This document shows positions 61,232-64,000 of a stretch of 64,000 nucleotides of DNA, piece by piece. Each line of letters opens with the position of its first letter. The stretch's first letter is position 1. This stretch comes from Callorhinchus milii (lineage: Eukaryota). A program made the position numbers and the translations under genes. The DNA is taken from the NCBI RefSeq assembly GCF_018977255.1, contig NW_024704742.1:9426001-9490000 (forward strand), written 5' to 3'. The notes beneath the pieces are model-generated. The model did not search any database and was not told where the DNA came from. It saw nothing but the letters and a program-made list of their open reading frames with translations.

Positions 61232-61604
61232 ACTCCACTCCGCAAAAGGACTATAAGTCAGGATACACATGACCTAAATTTATGGCTCAGTTGAGAAATA
61301 GATGATCCAGAAATAAATAATGAACCTGTATTCAATATTGCATCGTTGGTCTCTGAATCTTGGTTGAAATCTAGCTAAGACTGATGGGGTGAAGGCTTCT
61401 TCTCTCCAAAGGCTGAAAGAGTTTTAGACATTGCTATGCACAAAATGCCATGTTCACCTCCAAATACACAGTCACTTTACAGTAATTCCTGTGAAGCGCT
61501 TTGAAACTTTGCAATGACATGATCAAGTGCTATACTGAATGCAACGATTGTTATCATTTTTTATTAATTTGAAAGCCTTCTCTTAAGAGATGTAGAAAAC
61601 CAGA

Positions 61605-61921
61605 ATTAATAATAATAGTCCTTGCATTTGATATAGCGCCGTATCACTATCTTTGAGACGTCTCAAAGCTCTTCACAGAATATACTGTAAAGTGAATTGA
61701 CTGTATATTTTATGCGGGAAATGCGGCAGCCAATTGCAGTGTCCTACAAACAGTCATGGATTGAGTGACCAATTCGCCAGTGCACTAACGATTGAGTTCC
61801 TACTTGGTAAACAGAGGTGTGAGGAGTAAGGAAAACTTGCCCAACATTTCGCCCTGCTGGGATCGAACCCAGGTCTCTCAATTGTAAAGCAAGTGCTATA
61901 ACCACTGAGCTACCGGACTCC
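61605..61921 (-). mobile_element. tRNA-derived SINE, long subfamily (partly deleted)
   Basis: Reverse-complement tail, partial middle segment and head. Confidence 0.85.
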
Positions 61922-63313
61922 ACAAGACTGAGTTTAAGAATTTATGGTGCAGAGGTTACATTTTAAGACAAATATTCTTGCAGTCTGAGACTGGGTGGCA
62001 TTTTGGGCTTGTGGATAAAAGGCTATGCTACAGATGCCTACATTGTACCTGATGTGGGAGTACTTGATACTAACAGTGAATGCCAAAAAGGCAAAATCAC
62101 TCCACTTCCAAGAAGTGAAGTAACTTGGCAACGGCAACCACTGCACTCCACCCTCAATTGTATTTCGACCTGCAACAAAAATACATGTATCTTTACAGGA
62201 ATGCAGACTGATATCCCTCTGGGACACATTAACAAGGATTTTGAGCAATGACATGATTTGCGCCCGTCAAGATACCAAAAAACTTTGTCTTGGGTGAATG
62301 TTTTGGTGGTTGTGTGTTGTGAAACTGTGCCTGTGAGGAAATGGATTTAATGTGTCCTAACTCAGCAACAACTTATATTTATATAGAACCCTTTACGCGG
62401 GGTAGCATCCCGGAGCGCTTAAAACTCATTTCATATCGAGCGTCTTTGCAAAGATTCCTGCTTACAGAAAATGCTTAAACACTTTAGCTTTTCACTGAGC
62501 TTGCAACAGAAGTCTTTCATGACCTTGGATTTTGCCAAACCTGTCCCTTGTATGCAAGTGCATAGTTGGATTATTTCAAGATAAAATTGATGGGTAGTAA
62601 ATCTGTCTTTCAGCAACTTTTCTTGAGGACAATATTTGACAGTATTTATTGAGGACAATTCTTTTCCACTCGAGTCATAGAATACGACAGCTTGTCTTGC
62701 AAGTTTAAAAGGCACTCACGGGGTTAATTGTGATTGGAAACATGCCTTTATCAAAGGTAAACATAGCATGCATTTAGATTCCTGAGTTGGAAACAAGCTG
62801 GGTGGTGGTGGACGGCATTGTGTCAATAGCATAATAAAACCTCAAGCATTTCTCCTATTTTCTTCATTGGCTGTGTTACAATAACACTGGTGATAGATCT
62901 GAAGGCTATTTGTACATAATTTACATTTGCCATTGTACAGGATTCTTTATAACAAAGAGATGCTTGCTCATTCTGTTCTGATCTGTAAAGTTAGCAGTTT
63001 TAATCTAGCACGATTTTAAGTGGTGTATTAAATTCCATATCGGACAGTGTTTCAGAAGATTCCTTCTTTTTCTGAAAAAAATGTTTATTGTACACCATTG
63101 TACACAGTTTTTAGAGAGAATATAATTATGAGCTTTACTAATTGGTAAAGCATAATGCAATACAGATCAGATGATCACACCATTTCAATATAAACTGGAG
63201 GAAAGAATAGGTGGCAGTGTACTCCATAGATGGGATGAAACACTTCCAAAGGGGAAGCTGAAAGAGATCTATTGAATGATTAAACAATACTTGCATTTGA
63301 TGTAGCACCTTAT

Positions 63314-63590
63314 CAACAACAACAAATCGCATTTGTATAGCGCCTTTCATGTCAAGAGGTCTTGCAAGGCGCTGAACAGTCAGGGATCCGCACCCGAGCT
63401 GGTGGTTGGCATCAGGAAAAGTGAAGGGCAGAGAGGGGAGGGGAGGGTTAGGAGGGTGACTGAAGGCACGGTCGAAGAGGAGGGTCTTGAGACAGGTCTT
63501 GAAGGAAACACGGGAGGGGTTAGGCGGAGGGACTGCGGGATGGAGTTTCCCAGGGTGGTTGCAGAGAGGCTGAAGGTCCGCCAAATAGGG
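63314..63590 (-). mobile_element. L2 3' fragment
   Basis: SFKTCLKTLLFDRAF on the minus strand, tail stem-loop, (CAA)n. Confidence 0.87.
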
Positions 63591-63944
63591 AGACAAGACC
63601 TTCAAAGGACGGCACTTTTGATAATGTAGAGCTCCCCAGCATTGCATTGTAGCATCAATCTAGACTCTGAGCTCAAAATCCCAGGTTGACACCCTGGCTT
63701 TAGGGGTTTTAGTTGACTCATTGCTCACCGTGTGAAAACAGTGAGAGGTAATGAACAAGGCTAACCACATGCCTTAACCTATATTGTCAAATCAGTTGAG
63801 TTCAGACTAGAACTTATACTCGAGCTGCAAAGAGTTCTGGTCAGCCTACACATAGAGTACTGTATACCGTTCTCATCACAGCAACATGAGTGGGCTGCCC
63901 AAGATTCAATGCAGATTAGATCAATGAGGATGATCCCTCTGCAG

Positions 63945-64000
63945 AGGAGATCAATAAATAATTATTTGAGGAGGACAAGTTTGCAGGGCTAGGGGAGAGA
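63945..64000 (+). mobile_element. CR1 3' fragment running off the window
   Basis: AATTATTTGAGGAGGACAAGTTTGCAGGGCT is identical to 14090-14121. Confidence 0.75.

Noticed and set aside
62003..62251. 82-aa ORF or exon candidate
   Set aside because: Overlaps what appears to be a decayed SINE-like 3' end; no recognisable protein motif.
1..64000. CRISPR array or prokaryotic RT-associated system
   Set aside because: The repeated motifs are dispersed SINE and LINE ends, not regularly spaced repeats; all RT sequences are non-LTR L2 or CR1 type in a vertebrate-like context.

Overview
Eukaryotic, repeat-rich genomic DNA that looks intronic or intergenic. The repeat families (L2 and CR1 LINEs, Deu-domain SINEs resembling dogfish SacSINE1, a very abundant tRNA-Ala-derived SINE) suggest a cartilaginous fish (shark or chimaera); this is an inference. 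I recognise no host protein-coding gene: nearly all long ORFs are LINE fragments, their antisense shadows, SINE read-throughs or simple repeats. Main content: one near-full-length single-ORF L2 LINE (23827-27330, minus strand, three frameshifts) set tail-to-tail against another L2; about 15 further L2 fragments; several CR1 fragments; over 30 SINE copies whose 3' stem-loop is shared with the L2; a pogo/Tigger transposase fossil and a MITE; and a family of short palindromic elements carrying minimal hammerhead-ribozyme-like motifs of the Penelope type. A TE-free island at about 50.3-52.9 kb has outward-facing splice donors on both strands and several tandem repeats, and may be a promoter or first-exon region. 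There are also candidate microexons, the best at 44415-44435 (+). Repeat boundaries were read by eye and are approximate.
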